A DNA stretch of 64,000 nucleotides from an uncultured candidatus Brocadiaceae bacterium (GCA_964572825.1 CAZNGS010000004.1:29158-93157), one strand, 5' to 3'; counted from the first letter of the stretch, positions 36,864 through 46,884 are shown. Program-made: numbers and translations. Notes: generated by a model from the sequence alone, not told the origin.

Positions 36864-37349
36864 TTACCGCTGCTCCTCCACGAGGCCGATCTGGTCGAAA
36901 CCCGCGAAAAGCAGGGGGCTGAGCGCGGCGGTGTAGACGGCCTGTCCCAGGGCGCCCAGCATGAGCCGCGGCAGAGCGCCTGAGGTGGTCAGCACCGTGC
37001 CCATCGCATAGAGCACCCCCACGGACAGGAAGTAGAGCAATGCCAGCAAGGCATCCATGACCGCCGACTTGCGGACCAGGTGCTCCTTCAGGGAATTCAG
37101 CCCGGCCGCCGCGGGCACCATCAGGAGAGCGGACGCGCCGATCGGCCCGGCCGAACCCAGGTCACGCAGGAGGCCCAGGATGAGCGCCGCCCAGAGTGCA
37201 CCCCGGAAATCTGATTCCAGCGCCAGGTAGGCGGCACAGAGCAGAAGCAGGTCCGGCCGCAGGAAGCGGTAGCTCAGCCGGTGCGCCAGCGTCACCTGGA
37301 TCAAAAACAGCGCCGCGATGCAGAGCGCCAGTCGGACCTTGCGGATCAT
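36864..37349 (-). CDS. MreD-like polytopic membrane protein
   Basis: 161 aa with ~5 TM segments and an MreD-like pattern (LFLIQVTLAHRL...RPDLLLLCAAYLAL...ALILGLLRDL). No mreB or mreC lies adjacent. Confidence 0.5.
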   Translation of the reverse strand: MIRKVRLALCIAALFLIQVTLAHRLSYRFLRPDLLLLCAAYLALESDFRGALWAALILGLLRDLGSAGPIGASALLMVPAAAGLNSLKEHLVRKSAVMDALLALLYFLSVGVLYAMGTVLTTSGALPRLMLGALGQAVYTAALSPLLFAGFDQIGLVEEQR

Positions 37350-37430
37350 CTGGTTCAGCCGGTCAGGGGGTCGGAAACCCAAAGGCATTCTGAGCGAAGG
37401 CGATACCCGGAAACAAGCGCGGCCGGCCTG

Positions 37431-38705
37431 TCATTCGTGGCGCAGGGCCTCGATGGGGTCCATGGTGGCCGCGCGGTATGCGGGGTAGATGCCGAATCCC
37501 AGGCCCACCGCGGCGCTGATGCCGAATGCCAGCAGGAGGGACCAGAGGGTGACGATGGTGCGCATCTCGGCGAAGTGTTCCACCAGGTAGGGCGCCACAA
37601 TCCCCAGCAGTATGCCGAACCCGCCCCCGAAAAGGGCCAGCAGGAGGGTCTCGGTGAGAAACTGGAACACGATGTGCCTCCTCTTGGCGCCCATGGCCCG
37701 GCGGATGCCGATCTCGCGCGTGCGCTCCATCACCGTGGCGAGGGTGATGTTCATGATGCCTATACCGCCCACCAGCAGGCTGATGGCGGCGATGGAGCCC
37801 AGCACGATGTTGAATATGCGCTTGGTGCGGCGGGCCTGGACCAGCAGATGCAGGGGCACCACCAGCCGGTAATCCTCCCGGTCGTGGTTCATCTCCAGGA
37901 TGTGTCGTACCACCCTCTCGACCGGCCGTACGTCCGAAAGGTCCTCCACCTCGATGGTCAGACGATGGTATTCAACGCTTTCCGCGGAGCGGGTACCCGC
38001 CGCCCGGTAGATGGTGTTCTTGCTGAACACGCTTCGCATGGTGGCCAGGGGGATGTAGATGTCCCGGGCGGGATCGCCCTCCAGGCGGACCTCGCCCGAT
38101 TCTCCCCCCGGAAGGGCCGACACCACGCCGACAACCTGGAAGCGCAGGTTTTCTTTGCGTATAGTCGAACCCAGGGCGTCCCCGAGCGGGAAAAGGAGCC
38201 GGGCGGCGCCGGAGCCGACCACGCAGACCTGGCTCTTGTGGAGCATATCCATTTCAGTCAGGAAGCGCCCCTCATACAGGGACACGTTGGCCACGCGGAA
38301 GTGCTCCGGCGTGGTGCCGACCAGAGCCGTGTCCATCCGCCGGCTGCCGTGGAGGATGCTGCCGCGGATGCGGCGGGCGGGCACGACGGTCTTGACGGCC
38401 GGGATGGTGTTGGACATCAACTGGAAATCGTGGCGCGTCAGGCCGTATTCGATCAATCGGCTGCGGCTCTGGGAGGCCTCCTGACTCTCGGGCGGCTTCA
38501 CGCTCTCTATGATGATGTTGTTGCTGCCCAGTCGGCGTATCTGCTCCTGGGCCGTCTCGCTGGCTCCCGTGCCGATGGCCAGCATGGCGATCACCGAGGA
38601 GACGCCAAGGGTTATGCCCAGCATGGTGAGGAAACTCCGCATGCCGTGCAGCCAGAGGCTCTTCAGGCCCATTTTAAGGACGCGTTTGAGCTGGAATCCG
38701 ATCAC
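37431..38705 (-). CDS. MacB/FtsX-type ABC transporter permease
   Basis: An N-terminal TM (FLTMLGITLGVSSVIAMLAIG), a large periplasmic domain, and a C-terminal FtsX 3-TM bundle (IAAISLLVGGIGIMNITLATVMERTREIGIRRAMGA). Confidence 0.88.
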   Translation of the reverse strand: MIGFQLKRVLKMGLKSLWLHGMRSFLTMLGITLGVSSVIAMLAIGTGASETAQEQIRRLGSNNIIIESVKPPESQEASQSRSRLIEYGLTRHDFQLMSNTIPAVKTVVPARRIRGSILHGSRRMDTALVGTTPEHFRVANVSLYEGRFLTEMDMLHKSQVCVVGSGAARLLFPLGDALGSTIRKENLRFQVVGVVSALPGGESGEVRLEGDPARDIYIPLATMRSVFSKNTIYRAAGTRSAESVEYHRLTIEVEDLSDVRPVERVVRHILEMNHDREDYRLVVPLHLLVQARRTKRIFNIVLGSIAAISLLVGGIGIMNITLATVMERTREIGIRRAMGAKRRHIVFQFLTETLLLALFGGGFGILLGIVAPYLVEHFAEMRTIVTLWSLLLAFGISAAVGLGFGIYPAYRAATMDPIEALRHE

Positions 38706-39445
38706 GTCGAGTTCTCCTGCGGTTCACCGTCGCTCAGGCGGCCGTCCACCAGGGTGTAGGTGCGGTGCATCGTGGCCGCCACGTTGGGGTCGTGAGTCAC
38801 GCAGATCAGGGTGACCCCTTCCCGGTTCAGTTCATGCAACAGGTCAAGTATCTGGCCCCCGGTCCTGGTGTCCAGATTACCCGTCGGTTCGTCGGCCAGC
38901 ACGATGAGGGGGCGGTTCGCCAGCGCCCGTGCGACGCCCACGCGCTGACGTTCGCCGCCGCTCAGCTCCGTGGGGTGGTGCTTGAGTCTGTATTCCAGCC
39001 CCACCCGGACGGCCAGTTCCACGGCGCGCTCGTGGCTTTCGCGTTCGCTGACGCCCTTGTAGTAGAGGGGTATCTCGATGTTCTCGATCACGTTCAGTTG
39101 CGGTATGAGGTTGTAGGATTGGAAGATGAACCCGATGCGGCTGGCCCGGATCTCGCTCAGTTCGTCGTCGGTCAGAGACGAGACATCGTCGGCGCCCAGA
39201 ATGTAGCGGCCCCGCGTGGGCCGGTCCAGGCAGCCCAGCAGGTTGAGCAGGGTCGATTTGCCCGAACCGGACGGCCCCATGATGGCCACCATGTCGCTGC
39301 CCTTAAGCGTGAAGTCTACGTCTTTGAGGGCGTGCAACTGTGTATGGCCCATCTGGTAGGTCTTCCAGACGTTCTCGAACTGGGCGATGGGTTCACCCCC
39401 AGGGCGGTCCGTGTCGTAAACGCTGTCCGGCCGGTCAGTCATCAT
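38702..39445 (-). CDS. ABC transporter ATP-binding protein (MacB/LolD-type)
   Basis: Walker A GPSGSGKST, Q-loop, signature LSGGERQRV, Walker B LVLADEPTGNLD. Its stop overlaps the permease start (ATGA). Confidence 0.92.
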   Translation of the reverse strand: MMTDRPDSVYDTDRPGGEPIAQFENVWKTYQMGHTQLHALKDVDFTLKGSDMVAIMGPSGSGKSTLLNLLGCLDRPTRGRYILGADDVSSLTDDELSEIRASRIGFIFQSYNLIPQLNVIENIEIPLYYKGVSERESHERAVELAVRVGLEYRLKHHPTELSGGERQRVGVARALANRPLIVLADEPTGNLDTRTGGQILDLLHELNREGVTLICVTHDPNVAATMHRTYTLVDGRLSDGEPQENST

Positions 39446-41516
39446 TTCCCCCGGCTTCGGGCCCGCGTCGGCCGCCGCTGCGACGCCCGCCGCCCCGGAA
39501 TTGCTGCATGAGCTTGTTGCGCTGTTCTTCGGAGAGACTCTGCATGAAATTCCGGCGTTCCTCGCGGGACATTCCTTCCATCTCCTCGCGCAACTGCTGT
39601 ATCTCCTCCGATGGCGCCTCCGACTGCTCCTGTTGATCCTCTGCGTCCGCAGAGGGACCTTGTTCGGGCTCCGGGGTGTGTGGCCGCTCGAAGGAAACCT
39701 GCTCGCGCCATTCCCTGGGGGGCGCCAGGTACACGGATTCCCCCTCCCGCAGTCCGCTCTTTATCTCGGCGAAGTTCTCGGTAAACTGTCCCACCTCGAT
39801 CTGCTTCATCTGCGGGCCCTCCGGTGTGCGGACCCAGCATACCCGCCTGCCCTCCAGGGAGGCGACCGCCTCCAGGGGGATGTAGAGGACGTCCTGCAGT
39901 TCGGCCACGATGATCTCCACGGTGGCGGACATGCCTATGGTGGCGCCTTCGGGCCTGTCGGTCAGCGATACGTCGGTTTCGTACACCATCACGTCCGGGT
40001 TGAGCCAGCGGTGTTCGGAGCTGGCCATCGGGCTGATCTTGGCCACTTCCCCGCGCACCACGGCGTCCGGGATGGCCTCCAGTTTGATGCGGGCCGGCTG
40101 GCCGGGCTTGATCTTGGCGATGTCGGTCTCGTGGACGTTCACGCGGGCGGCCATGGTCGAGAGGTTGGGCACGGTGAGGATGGTTTCGTTCTGGTGGACG
40201 CTGGTGCCCTCCTGTATGGGGTTGTCGCGTCGGCGCCAGGGGTCGCTGGTGGAGGCGTACACCACCACTCCCGGCCTGGTGGCGACGATGGTGGATTTCT
40301 CGATCATGGTGTTCAGTTTGTCCAACACTTCCTTTTCTCTATTGTAGGTGGCCTCCTTTGCGGCGAGTTCTGCCTCGGCCTGGGCCTTGTGGCTCCGTGC
40401 CCTGGCTTTCACGCGTTCCAGCTCCGCGCGGGCCTCGTGCAGGTCGCTGAACCGCGTTTCCGCCTCCTTCTGCAGGGAGTACCGTATGAACAGGCGGAGC
40501 TCTTCCACCGCGGCGTCGCGCTGGACCTTGCTCCGCCGGGCAGCCAGCTCGTCCTCTTTCAACTGCTCGTCGCTGACGTAATCGTTGTCCCACAGCTTCC
40601 TGGTCCACGTGAGCGTGTTCTGGGCCCGGGTCAGTTCCTGGCTTGCGAGCTGCGCCTTGGCGGTGAGGTCGCGGAGGGTCTGGCGCGCCACACCTCCCAT
40701 CGGCACCTCCGGCGCCTGCAGGTCGGAGGCGTAGGCTTCGCCCAGCATTTCCTGGAGGTCGTCGGGCTCGTGGGCCGCCCCGGCGTCGGCGTTTTCGGCG
40801 GACACAGGTGGCGGCGGCACGGGCGCTCCCCCTTCGAGCGTCTTCACCGATTCCGGCTGCTGAAGGGCCTGCTTCACGGCGTACCATGCCGCAGGGCGCA
40901 GGCTCGTAAAGTCGAACTCGTCCTGGTCCTTGACTTTTGCGGCCAGCTCCGCCCCCAGGTAGCGCTCCAGTTCCATCCGGGCGAACTTCAGGTTCAACTC
41001 TGCCGCATTGATGTTGCTCTGGTTCTGGTTTATCTGAATCTGGTAATTCTCCTGGGCCTGCGTGTAGGTGGCCTGCGCGTTGGCCACGCTGATCTCCTGC
41101 CGGGTCTTCCGGTCCATCAGCTCGGAGGCATCCAGGCGCACCAGCACCTTCTGGTTCTCCACGTCCTCCTCGGTGATGATGGTTCCTTCCGGCACCAGTT
41201 CGAGTACCTGGTTATTGCCTTCCACCTCGCTTTTGATTTCCAGGGACTCCAGGGCGCGCAGGGTGCCGCCCTCGGTGACGCTGACGGTTAGATCGCCGCG
41301 CTTCACCTGCGCGACGGCCAGGCCCTCGTAGTCCGGGCCTTTGGCGCCGGTGGCGGCCCATAACAGTCCCGCCGCCGCGAGGGCGACCACGATGACTATC
41401 GCCGTCACCACGCCCACGGGTACGCGGCCGGCAGAGCGCCGGCTGCTTTCCTCCAGTCGTGGGTCCATATCGCTACGCTCCGGAGACGTTGCCCCGGCCG
41501 ATTCACCTGTATTCAT
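39435..41516 (-). CDS. HlyD/MacA-family periplasmic adaptor with a long coiled coil and a charged C-terminal tail
   Basis: An N-terminal TM, a barrel-sandwich/lipoyl segment (VKRGDLTVSVTEGGTLRA), an extended coiled coil, and a beta-barrel (ARVNVHETDIAKIKPGQPARI). The tail is rich in E/Q/R (EEIQQLREEMEGMSREERRNFMQSLSEEQRNKLMQQFRGGGRRSGGRRG). Confidence 0.85.
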   Translation of the reverse strand: MNTGESAGATSPERSDMDPRLEESSRRSAGRVPVGVVTAIVIVVALAAAGLLWAATGAKGPDYEGLAVAQVKRGDLTVSVTEGGTLRALESLEIKSEVEGNNQVLELVPEGTIITEEDVENQKVLVRLDASELMDRKTRQEISVANAQATYTQAQENYQIQINQNQSNINAAELNLKFARMELERYLGAELAAKVKDQDEFDFTSLRPAAWYAVKQALQQPESVKTLEGGAPVPPPPVSAENADAGAAHEPDDLQEMLGEAYASDLQAPEVPMGGVARQTLRDLTAKAQLASQELTRAQNTLTWTRKLWDNDYVSDEQLKEDELAARRSKVQRDAAVEELRLFIRYSLQKEAETRFSDLHEARAELERVKARARSHKAQAEAELAAKEATYNREKEVLDKLNTMIEKSTIVATRPGVVVYASTSDPWRRRDNPIQEGTSVHQNETILTVPNLSTMAARVNVHETDIAKIKPGQPARIKLEAIPDAVVRGEVAKISPMASSEHRWLNPDVMVYETDVSLTDRPEGATIGMSATVEIIVAELQDVLYIPLEAVASLEGRRVCWVRTPEGPQMKQIEVGQFTENFAEIKSGLREGESVYLAPPREWREQVSFERPHTPEPEQGPSADAEDQQEQSEAPSEEIQQLREEMEGMSREERRNFMQSLSEEQRNKLMQQFRGGGRRSGGRRGPEAGGNDD

Positions 41517-43179
41517 CGAAACTCTCCCTCAGTTGACCTGTTTCGCTTACCTGCAGTATGCCGATGTCCCGGGCGAGCTGGAGCCTGGCCACCCGGAACT
41601 CCACCAGCGCGGTGGCCAGGGCATTCTGCGCGCTGACCAGCGCCTCTCGGGCCTCCAGCATGTCCCGGGTGTCGGCGCGGCCGGCCTGCAGCAGCATGGA
41701 CGTGCTGTCCACGCGCTTCTCGGCCAGTGCCATGCTTTCCTTCTGAATCTCGTAGCTGCTTCTGGCGCGGTTGTACTGGCGCCACGCGTCGCGAACCGCC
41801 AGAACGATCCTGTCCCGCGTCTCGCAGAAGTTCCGATCGCTTCGCTCCAGTTCGATAAGCCGTCGCCGGTACTGGTTGCGCTCGGACTTGCGGTCGAGGG
41901 GAAGGTCCACCTCCAGGCCCACGCCCAGGTCGGTGCGGTTGCCCTCGAAGTCGATCGGGTGGGTGTCGCCGTCCGTGTCGGTGGACAGCGAGGCGCTCAG
42001 GTCGACCCCCGGCAGCAGGTCGTTGCGCGCCACCTTTATCTTTCTTTCGGCATCGTCCCGGCGTTCACGGGCGGTGGCCAGGTCCAGCCGGTTCTCCAGC
42101 GCCGCCTCCACGGCGGGTTCTGTCCCCTGCCAGGGAAGGTTCACGTGGGCTTCCGACTTCAGCCGGTCCAGCTCGTCAGGGTCCAGCCTGACCGGCGTAT
42201 CCGTCGGAATCCCCAGGGTTATTTTGAACTCATCCAGACGGGCCTGGTAGCGCTGGCGGGCGTTCTCGACCTGGTCTTCTGCCCGCAGCTCCTGCTGCCG
42301 GGTCTGGTCCACCTGGAACTCGGGCAGTTGGCCGGCTTCGCCCAGCGCCTCGGCGCGCTTGCGGGCGAAAACCAGGCTTTCGTAGTTGAGTTGCTCGTTC
42401 CGCAGAACCTGCCTTTCACGCAGCACGCCGTAGTAATCCGAGAGCACATCGACGAAGAAACGCCGCCGGAAGCGCACGAATTCCCGCATCTGGTAGATGA
42501 CGTCTCTCTCGGCCTGGATGAGCGGTTCGTTGACGGCGATGCCCGCGCCGCGCAGCAGGGGCTGAGTCAGGGTGAGGCTGAAGATGGAATCGGCGGCCTT
42601 GCGGGGGTCGTGCGTCAAGAACTCGCTGAAGGTGGAACTCAGGCTGGCGGTCAGCTCGGCCCCCGTGGCGAGCAGCCACGTGAACCCCAGACTCGTGGCG
42701 AGCCCCACCTGTTCGTCATCCCCCATGTCTTCATTGTCGTAGGTGGCATCGGCCGTGCCGAACGTCTGCGCGGCGAAGCGATAGCGCTGCAGGGTGAGGG
42801 AGAGCGCGCTCAGGTAGAGGTCCTCTTTCTGGCTCTGATAGTCCCGGCTGTGGCGGGCGGCGATCTCCAGGGCCTTCTCCAGGGAAAGCAAAACCATCGG
42901 TCTCCCTTCCGCGGACGTTTCGCCCTCGGAAGGCGACTCCTGCGGGGGGGCCTCCAGAGTGGGGCAGCCCTCCAGGGGGGAATCCTCGGGTTGTTCGATG
43001 GTGAACCCTTCGAGCATTCCGGGCACGTGGGCCGTCTTTTGCTTGACGATGCCGCTGACTTCCCTGTCGGCGGACCGGCGGTAGCTCTCCGGCGAGCAAC
43101 CGGTCAGCACAGCCAGGCTGAGCAGCACCATCCAGGCCGATCCGCGTCGTCCGGCATTTGTGGCAAGGCTACCGTGCAT
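41503..43179 (-). CDS. TolC-family outer membrane efflux protein (lipoprotein-type signal)
   Basis: LLSLAVLTGCS lipobox and two OEP repeats (LSLEKALEIAARHSRDYQSQKEDL... and ...AVRDAWRQYNRARSSYEIQKESMALAEKRV). The start is taken at ATG 43179. Confidence 0.85.
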   Translation of the reverse strand: MHGSLATNAGRRGSAWMVLLSLAVLTGCSPESYRRSADREVSGIVKQKTAHVPGMLEGFTIEQPEDSPLEGCPTLEAPPQESPSEGETSAEGRPMVLLSLEKALEIAARHSRDYQSQKEDLYLSALSLTLQRYRFAAQTFGTADATYDNEDMGDDEQVGLATSLGFTWLLATGAELTASLSSTFSEFLTHDPRKAADSIFSLTLTQPLLRGAGIAVNEPLIQAERDVIYQMREFVRFRRRFFVDVLSDYYGVLRERQVLRNEQLNYESLVFARKRAEALGEAGQLPEFQVDQTRQQELRAEDQVENARQRYQARLDEFKITLGIPTDTPVRLDPDELDRLKSEAHVNLPWQGTEPAVEAALENRLDLATARERRDDAERKIKVARNDLLPGVDLSASLSTDTDGDTHPIDFEGNRTDLGVGLEVDLPLDRKSERNQYRRRLIELERSDRNFCETRDRIVLAVRDAWRQYNRARSSYEIQKESMALAEKRVDSTSMLLQAGRADTRDMLEAREALVSAQNALATALVEFRVARLQLARDIGILQVSETGQLRESFDEYR

Positions 43180-43753
43180 TTTCTGTGGCGATCCCCTTTT
43201 CGAACAGGTCAACGATGGCCGACGGCCAGTGCGTGCCGCCCGGCATCTCGTCATGGTGCCGGGTCGCCACGCGCAGCATGCCCTTCAGCAGTCGCGCCGC
43301 CGCCCGCGGTTCAAACTCCGTGCTGTACAGGCCCGTCTGGCAACCCTTCCGGATGAACTCCGCCAGCACTTCGACCAGGGCGTCCGTCTTCTGGCGCCAT
43401 TGCTTCCACAGCTTGCGCTTGCGGCTGGAGCCGCGCAGCTCCTCGCTGTGCATCAGCCGGAACAGGGCGCGGCGCTTGACGAAGAAGTCGGTGATGCAGC
43501 CCACCACGTGTCGCAGCCCCTCGCGCGGGTCCTCGTCGGCCCGGGCCACCTCTCGCGCGGACTCGACCAGCTCCTCCAGACCGGAGAGGATGACCTGGTA
43601 GTAGAGGTCTTCCTTATCCTGGAAGTAGCGGTATATGGTCCCCTTGCCCACGTGGGCCGTAGTGCATATGTCGTCCAGGGTGACCTCGTGGTACCTGCCC
43701 CTGGCGAAGAGGTCTTCGGCGGTCTTGAGTATCTTCCGGCGTTTGTCGGACAT
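43169..43753 (-). CDS. TetR/AcrR family transcriptional regulator
   Basis: MSDKRRKILKTAEDLFARGRYHEVTLDDICTTAHVGKGTIYRYFQDKEDLY is the canonical TetR N-terminal HTH. The track ORF is an upstream run-on. Confidence 0.9.
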   Translation of the reverse strand: MSDKRRKILKTAEDLFARGRYHEVTLDDICTTAHVGKGTIYRYFQDKEDLYYQVILSGLEELVESAREVARADEDPREGLRHVVGCITDFFVKRRALFRLMHSEELRGSSRKRKLWKQWRQKTDALVEVLAEFIRKGCQTGLYSTEFEPRAAARLLKGMLRVATRHHDEMPGGTHWPSAIVDLFEKGIATENAR

Positions 43754-43785
43754 GATTTTGGTCTCTCCGGGGTGTCGGACGGGTG

Positions 43786-45600
43786 TCAGGCGTCGATGGC
43801 AAACCCGAGGCTCTGCATGCGATACAGTTCGGCGAACCTCCCGTCCAGTGCCATCAGTTCCTCCGGGGCTCCCTGCTCGACGATCCGCCCGTGTTCCAGC
43901 ACCACGATCCGGTCGGCGATGTCGGTGGTCGAGAGGCGATGTGCGATCAATATGGTGGTGCGGTCCCGTGCGGCCACGGCCAGCGCCGCCTGGATCTCCT
44001 TCTCGGTGATGGTGTCCACCGAAGAGGTGGCCTCGTCCAGTATCAAGATGGGCGGGTTCTTCAGGAGGGCCCGGGCGATGGAGATACGCTGCTTCTGGCC
44101 GACCGAGAGCTTCACGCCTCGTTCCCCCACGAGGGTCTGGTAGCCGTCGGGCAGATCGCGGATGAAATCGTCCGCGCCCGCCTGACGGGCGGCCCAGTGT
44201 ATCTTCTCCTCCGTGGCGTCGGGGTCCCCGTAGGAGATGTTCTCCTCCGCGGTGGCATTGAACAGGAAGGGCTCCTGCAGGACCATCCCGATGTGATCTC
44301 GGAGCGCCTTTGGGTCGAACCGGCGCACGTCCGTGCCGTCGATCAGAATCGACCCCTGCTGCGGGTCGTAGAAGCGGCATATCAGGTCCACCAGGGTCGT
44401 TTTCCCCACGCCGCTGGGGCCGACGAGGGCCACGGTTTCGGCCGCCTCTATGGCCAGGTTCACCTCCTGCAGGACCGTCTCGTCGTCGTAGCTGAAGGTC
44501 AGATTGCGGACGTCGATGCGCCCCTGCAATCCCTCCGGCTCGATGGCATCAGGCGGTACGGTGAGGGTATCGGACTCGTCCAGGAACTCGAAAATCCTGT
44601 CCGCCGCCGCCAGGGACCGCGGAAGGGAGTGGCCCAGGAGCCTGCCGAGTTGCTGCAGCGGTGTGTAGAGCATACTCAGCAGCGCCCAGAAGGCCATCCA
44701 CGTCCCGGTTCCCACCTGGTCCTCCACGAACATGCTGCCGCCGAAATACAGCACGATGACCATGCCGGTGCCCGTCAGCAGGTCCATCATCGGGCGGAAA
44801 AGCGAGAATCCCAGCGCGGCCCGCATAAAGGATTCATAGTAATCCCCTGTGCGCTCCTCGAACCGGCGCTGCTCCTGGTCCTCCCGGGCAAATGACTTGA
44901 CCACCCGTATGCCGGATATCCTCTCCTGCAGGAAGGCGTTCAGGTCGGCCACCTTCTGCCGAAACGTGCCGAACAGGTCCTTGAACTTTCGGCTGAAATA
45001 GTAGATCGTCAGCATGATCAGTGGCACGGGCACCAGCGTCAGCAGGGCCAGCCTGGGATTCAGGAAGACAAACATGTACACCAGCATCCCCGCCAGCAGC
45101 AGGGCGGAAGTGACCACCGTGTCGGCGCCGTGCACGATCATGTCCTCGACGGCCTCGCTATCGCTCGCGACGCGGGACATCACCTCCCCGGTGGGTTGAT
45201 TCTCGAAGAAACGCACCGAGAGGCCCTGCAGGTGGCGGTAAAGCTGGTCGCGCATGACGCGTATCACGCGCTGGCCCAGCTCGTGTCTGTAGTAGCTGTC
45301 GGAGAAGCTGATCACGAACCGGGCCAGCAGCACGCCCGCGTAACCGGCCGCGACCCAGACAACGGCCATGGCCTGCCGGCTGTCCAGCACGCGGTCGCCG
45401 AATATCTTCATCAGGTGAACGGGTCCGAACCGCAGGCCCGTCAGCGCAAGGGTCAGCGCCACCAGCAGCAGGACGCGGCCGGGGTAGGGCGTCACGTAGC
45501 GCGCCAGCCGGAGAGCCGATTTGAGGTACTCCCACTTGCTCTTTTTCGGCTCGTCGCCCGGGGGCCGATGATGTCTGCGGAATCCGCGCCGTGGCGGCAT
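43786..45600 (-). CDS. ABC exporter, fused permease and ATPase (MsbA/multidrug-type half transporter)
   Basis: Six-TM ABC_membrane domain, then Walker A GPSGVGKTT, signature LSVGQKQRISIARA and Walker B ILILDEATSSVD. An RBS GAGGG lies upstream of the ATG at 45600. Confidence 0.9.
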   Translation of the reverse strand: MPPRRGFRRHHRPPGDEPKKSKWEYLKSALRLARYVTPYPGRVLLLVALTLALTGLRFGPVHLMKIFGDRVLDSRQAMAVVWVAAGYAGVLLARFVISFSDSYYRHELGQRVIRVMRDQLYRHLQGLSVRFFENQPTGEVMSRVASDSEAVEDMIVHGADTVVTSALLLAGMLVYMFVFLNPRLALLTLVPVPLIMLTIYYFSRKFKDLFGTFRQKVADLNAFLQERISGIRVVKSFAREDQEQRRFEERTGDYYESFMRAALGFSLFRPMMDLLTGTGMVIVLYFGGSMFVEDQVGTGTWMAFWALLSMLYTPLQQLGRLLGHSLPRSLAAADRIFEFLDESDTLTVPPDAIEPEGLQGRIDVRNLTFSYDDETVLQEVNLAIEAAETVALVGPSGVGKTTLVDLICRFYDPQQGSILIDGTDVRRFDPKALRDHIGMVLQEPFLFNATAEENISYGDPDATEEKIHWAARQAGADDFIRDLPDGYQTLVGERGVKLSVGQKQRISIARALLKNPPILILDEATSSVDTITEKEIQAALAVAARDRTTILIAHRLSTTDIADRIVVLEHGRIVEQGAPEELMALDGRFAELYRMQSLGFAIDA

Positions 45601-45620
45601 GATAGGACCCTCACAGGAAC

Positions 45621-45669
45621 AGAACTGACTGGTCAGTTCTATTATCGCCGCCCCCGGCCTTTCTGTCAA
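45621..45669 (-). promoter_or_regulatory. promoter plus TetR-type palindromic operator of the efflux operon
   Basis: On the minus strand: TTGACA (45669-45664), a 17-bp spacer, GATAAT (45646-45641), followed immediately by the perfect 9-bp-arm palindrome AGAACTGAC-CA-GTCAGTTCT (45640-45621). The ATG at 45600 is 20 nt further on. Confidence 0.6.
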
Positions 45670-46005
45670 CGGAGCCGGTGGAGAAACGCCGGGTCAGGGA
45701 ATTGCCCCCGCGTCACGGTGTCCCGGCGAAAAGGGTACTGCGACGATGCAGGGACGTTGCGTGTCTGCGGGACCCCGTCCGCAGCGCTTGCGCACAGAAC
45801 CGGCTCCCCCGGATATGAAATATCCGGGCTACAACAAGGCGTGACCCTGCAGGCCACCCATGAGATAGATGCCCCGCTTGACCTTCGATGAGAAAACGCA
45901 CTCCGGCCCGTGCGCAGCAGGAGGGACTCCCCGCTGCCTATGAGCAGGTCCAGGAGACCGGGGGCACCGCCGGCCAATGGGCCGCTGTCATGAGAGGTTA
46001 CCGGG

Positions 46006-46758
46006 CTATCGGCCCATTTCCTCCAGGCTCTCCAGGCACCGGGCCACGGTTTCCAGGGGGCTCCACTTGTGGGATTCCTGCTCGACGATGTACCATTCGG
46101 TGCCGCCCACCGTCTCGCAGGCGTGGAACAGGTCCTCCCAGCGGACGTCCCCCTTGCCGATGACGACCCAGCCCCCTTCTTCCGAGTAATCCTTCAGGTG
46201 CACGGTGGTGGCACGGCCGGGGTAGCGTTCGATGAAGGGCACGGGGTCGGCGCCGCCGTGCAGGGCGTTGCCCGTGTCCACCTGCATGATCACCTCCCGG
46301 GAGGCGGCGCCGAAGAAGATGTCCCAGCCCATCTCCCCGTCGATCTCGCTGAACTCCCAGTGGTGATTATGGTAGCCCACCTTCATGCCGTGCGGGGCGA
46401 CCCGTGGGACGAGTTCGCTGAAGATACGCGCGCTTTCGATGAGCGCTTCCCTGGAGTCGCGGCGTTGCCGGGGCAGGGCGGGGACGACGAGGTGAGAGTT
46501 CCCCAGCACCTTGTTGAACTCGATGGTGCGCTCCAGCTCGTCCCCCAGCAGGGTGTTGAGGCCGGTGTGGGTGCCGGCCACCTGCAGGCCCAGATCGTCG
46601 AGCATGCTGCGGAGCTCCTCGGCGCTCCGCCCGTAGTACCCCGCGAATTCGACTCCCCCGTAGCCCATGTCGGCGACCGCCTCGAGGGTTGCGGGCAGGT
46701 CTTCTTCGCACTGCTCGCGCACCGAAAAAAGCTGCAAAGCGACCGGTATTCTTGGCAT
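46006..46758 (-). CDS. sugar phosphate isomerase/epimerase (xylose-isomerase-like TIM barrel)
   Basis: IPVALQLFSVRE...LEAVADMGYGGVEFAGYYG, GLQVAGTH, NSHLVVPALP, GYHNHHWEF, and VHLKD are AP_endonuc_2-type motifs. Confidence 0.8.
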   Translation of the reverse strand: MPRIPVALQLFSVREQCEEDLPATLEAVADMGYGGVEFAGYYGRSAEELRSMLDDLGLQVAGTHTGLNTLLGDELERTIEFNKVLGNSHLVVPALPRQRRDSREALIESARIFSELVPRVAPHGMKVGYHNHHWEFSEIDGEMGWDIFFGAASREVIMQVDTGNALHGGADPVPFIERYPGRATTVHLKDYSEEGGWVVIGKGDVRWEDLFHACETVGGTEWYIVEQESHKWSPLETVARCLESLEEMGR

Positions 46759-46884
46759 TCTGCACTCTCCTCGCAGTGAGGTGGGCAAGAACAGGAGACG
46801 CCCCTTCTAACACGCAGGGGGTCGCCGGTCAACTGTCCCGGCTTCGGAAGGGCGGAATGCGGGGTGAAGGGACGGCTGGACCGG

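Noticed and set aside
39501-43356. Plus-strand ORFs of 596 and 671 aa across the efflux operon.
   Set aside because: They are antisense to the HlyD-adaptor and TolC genes and have shadow composition.
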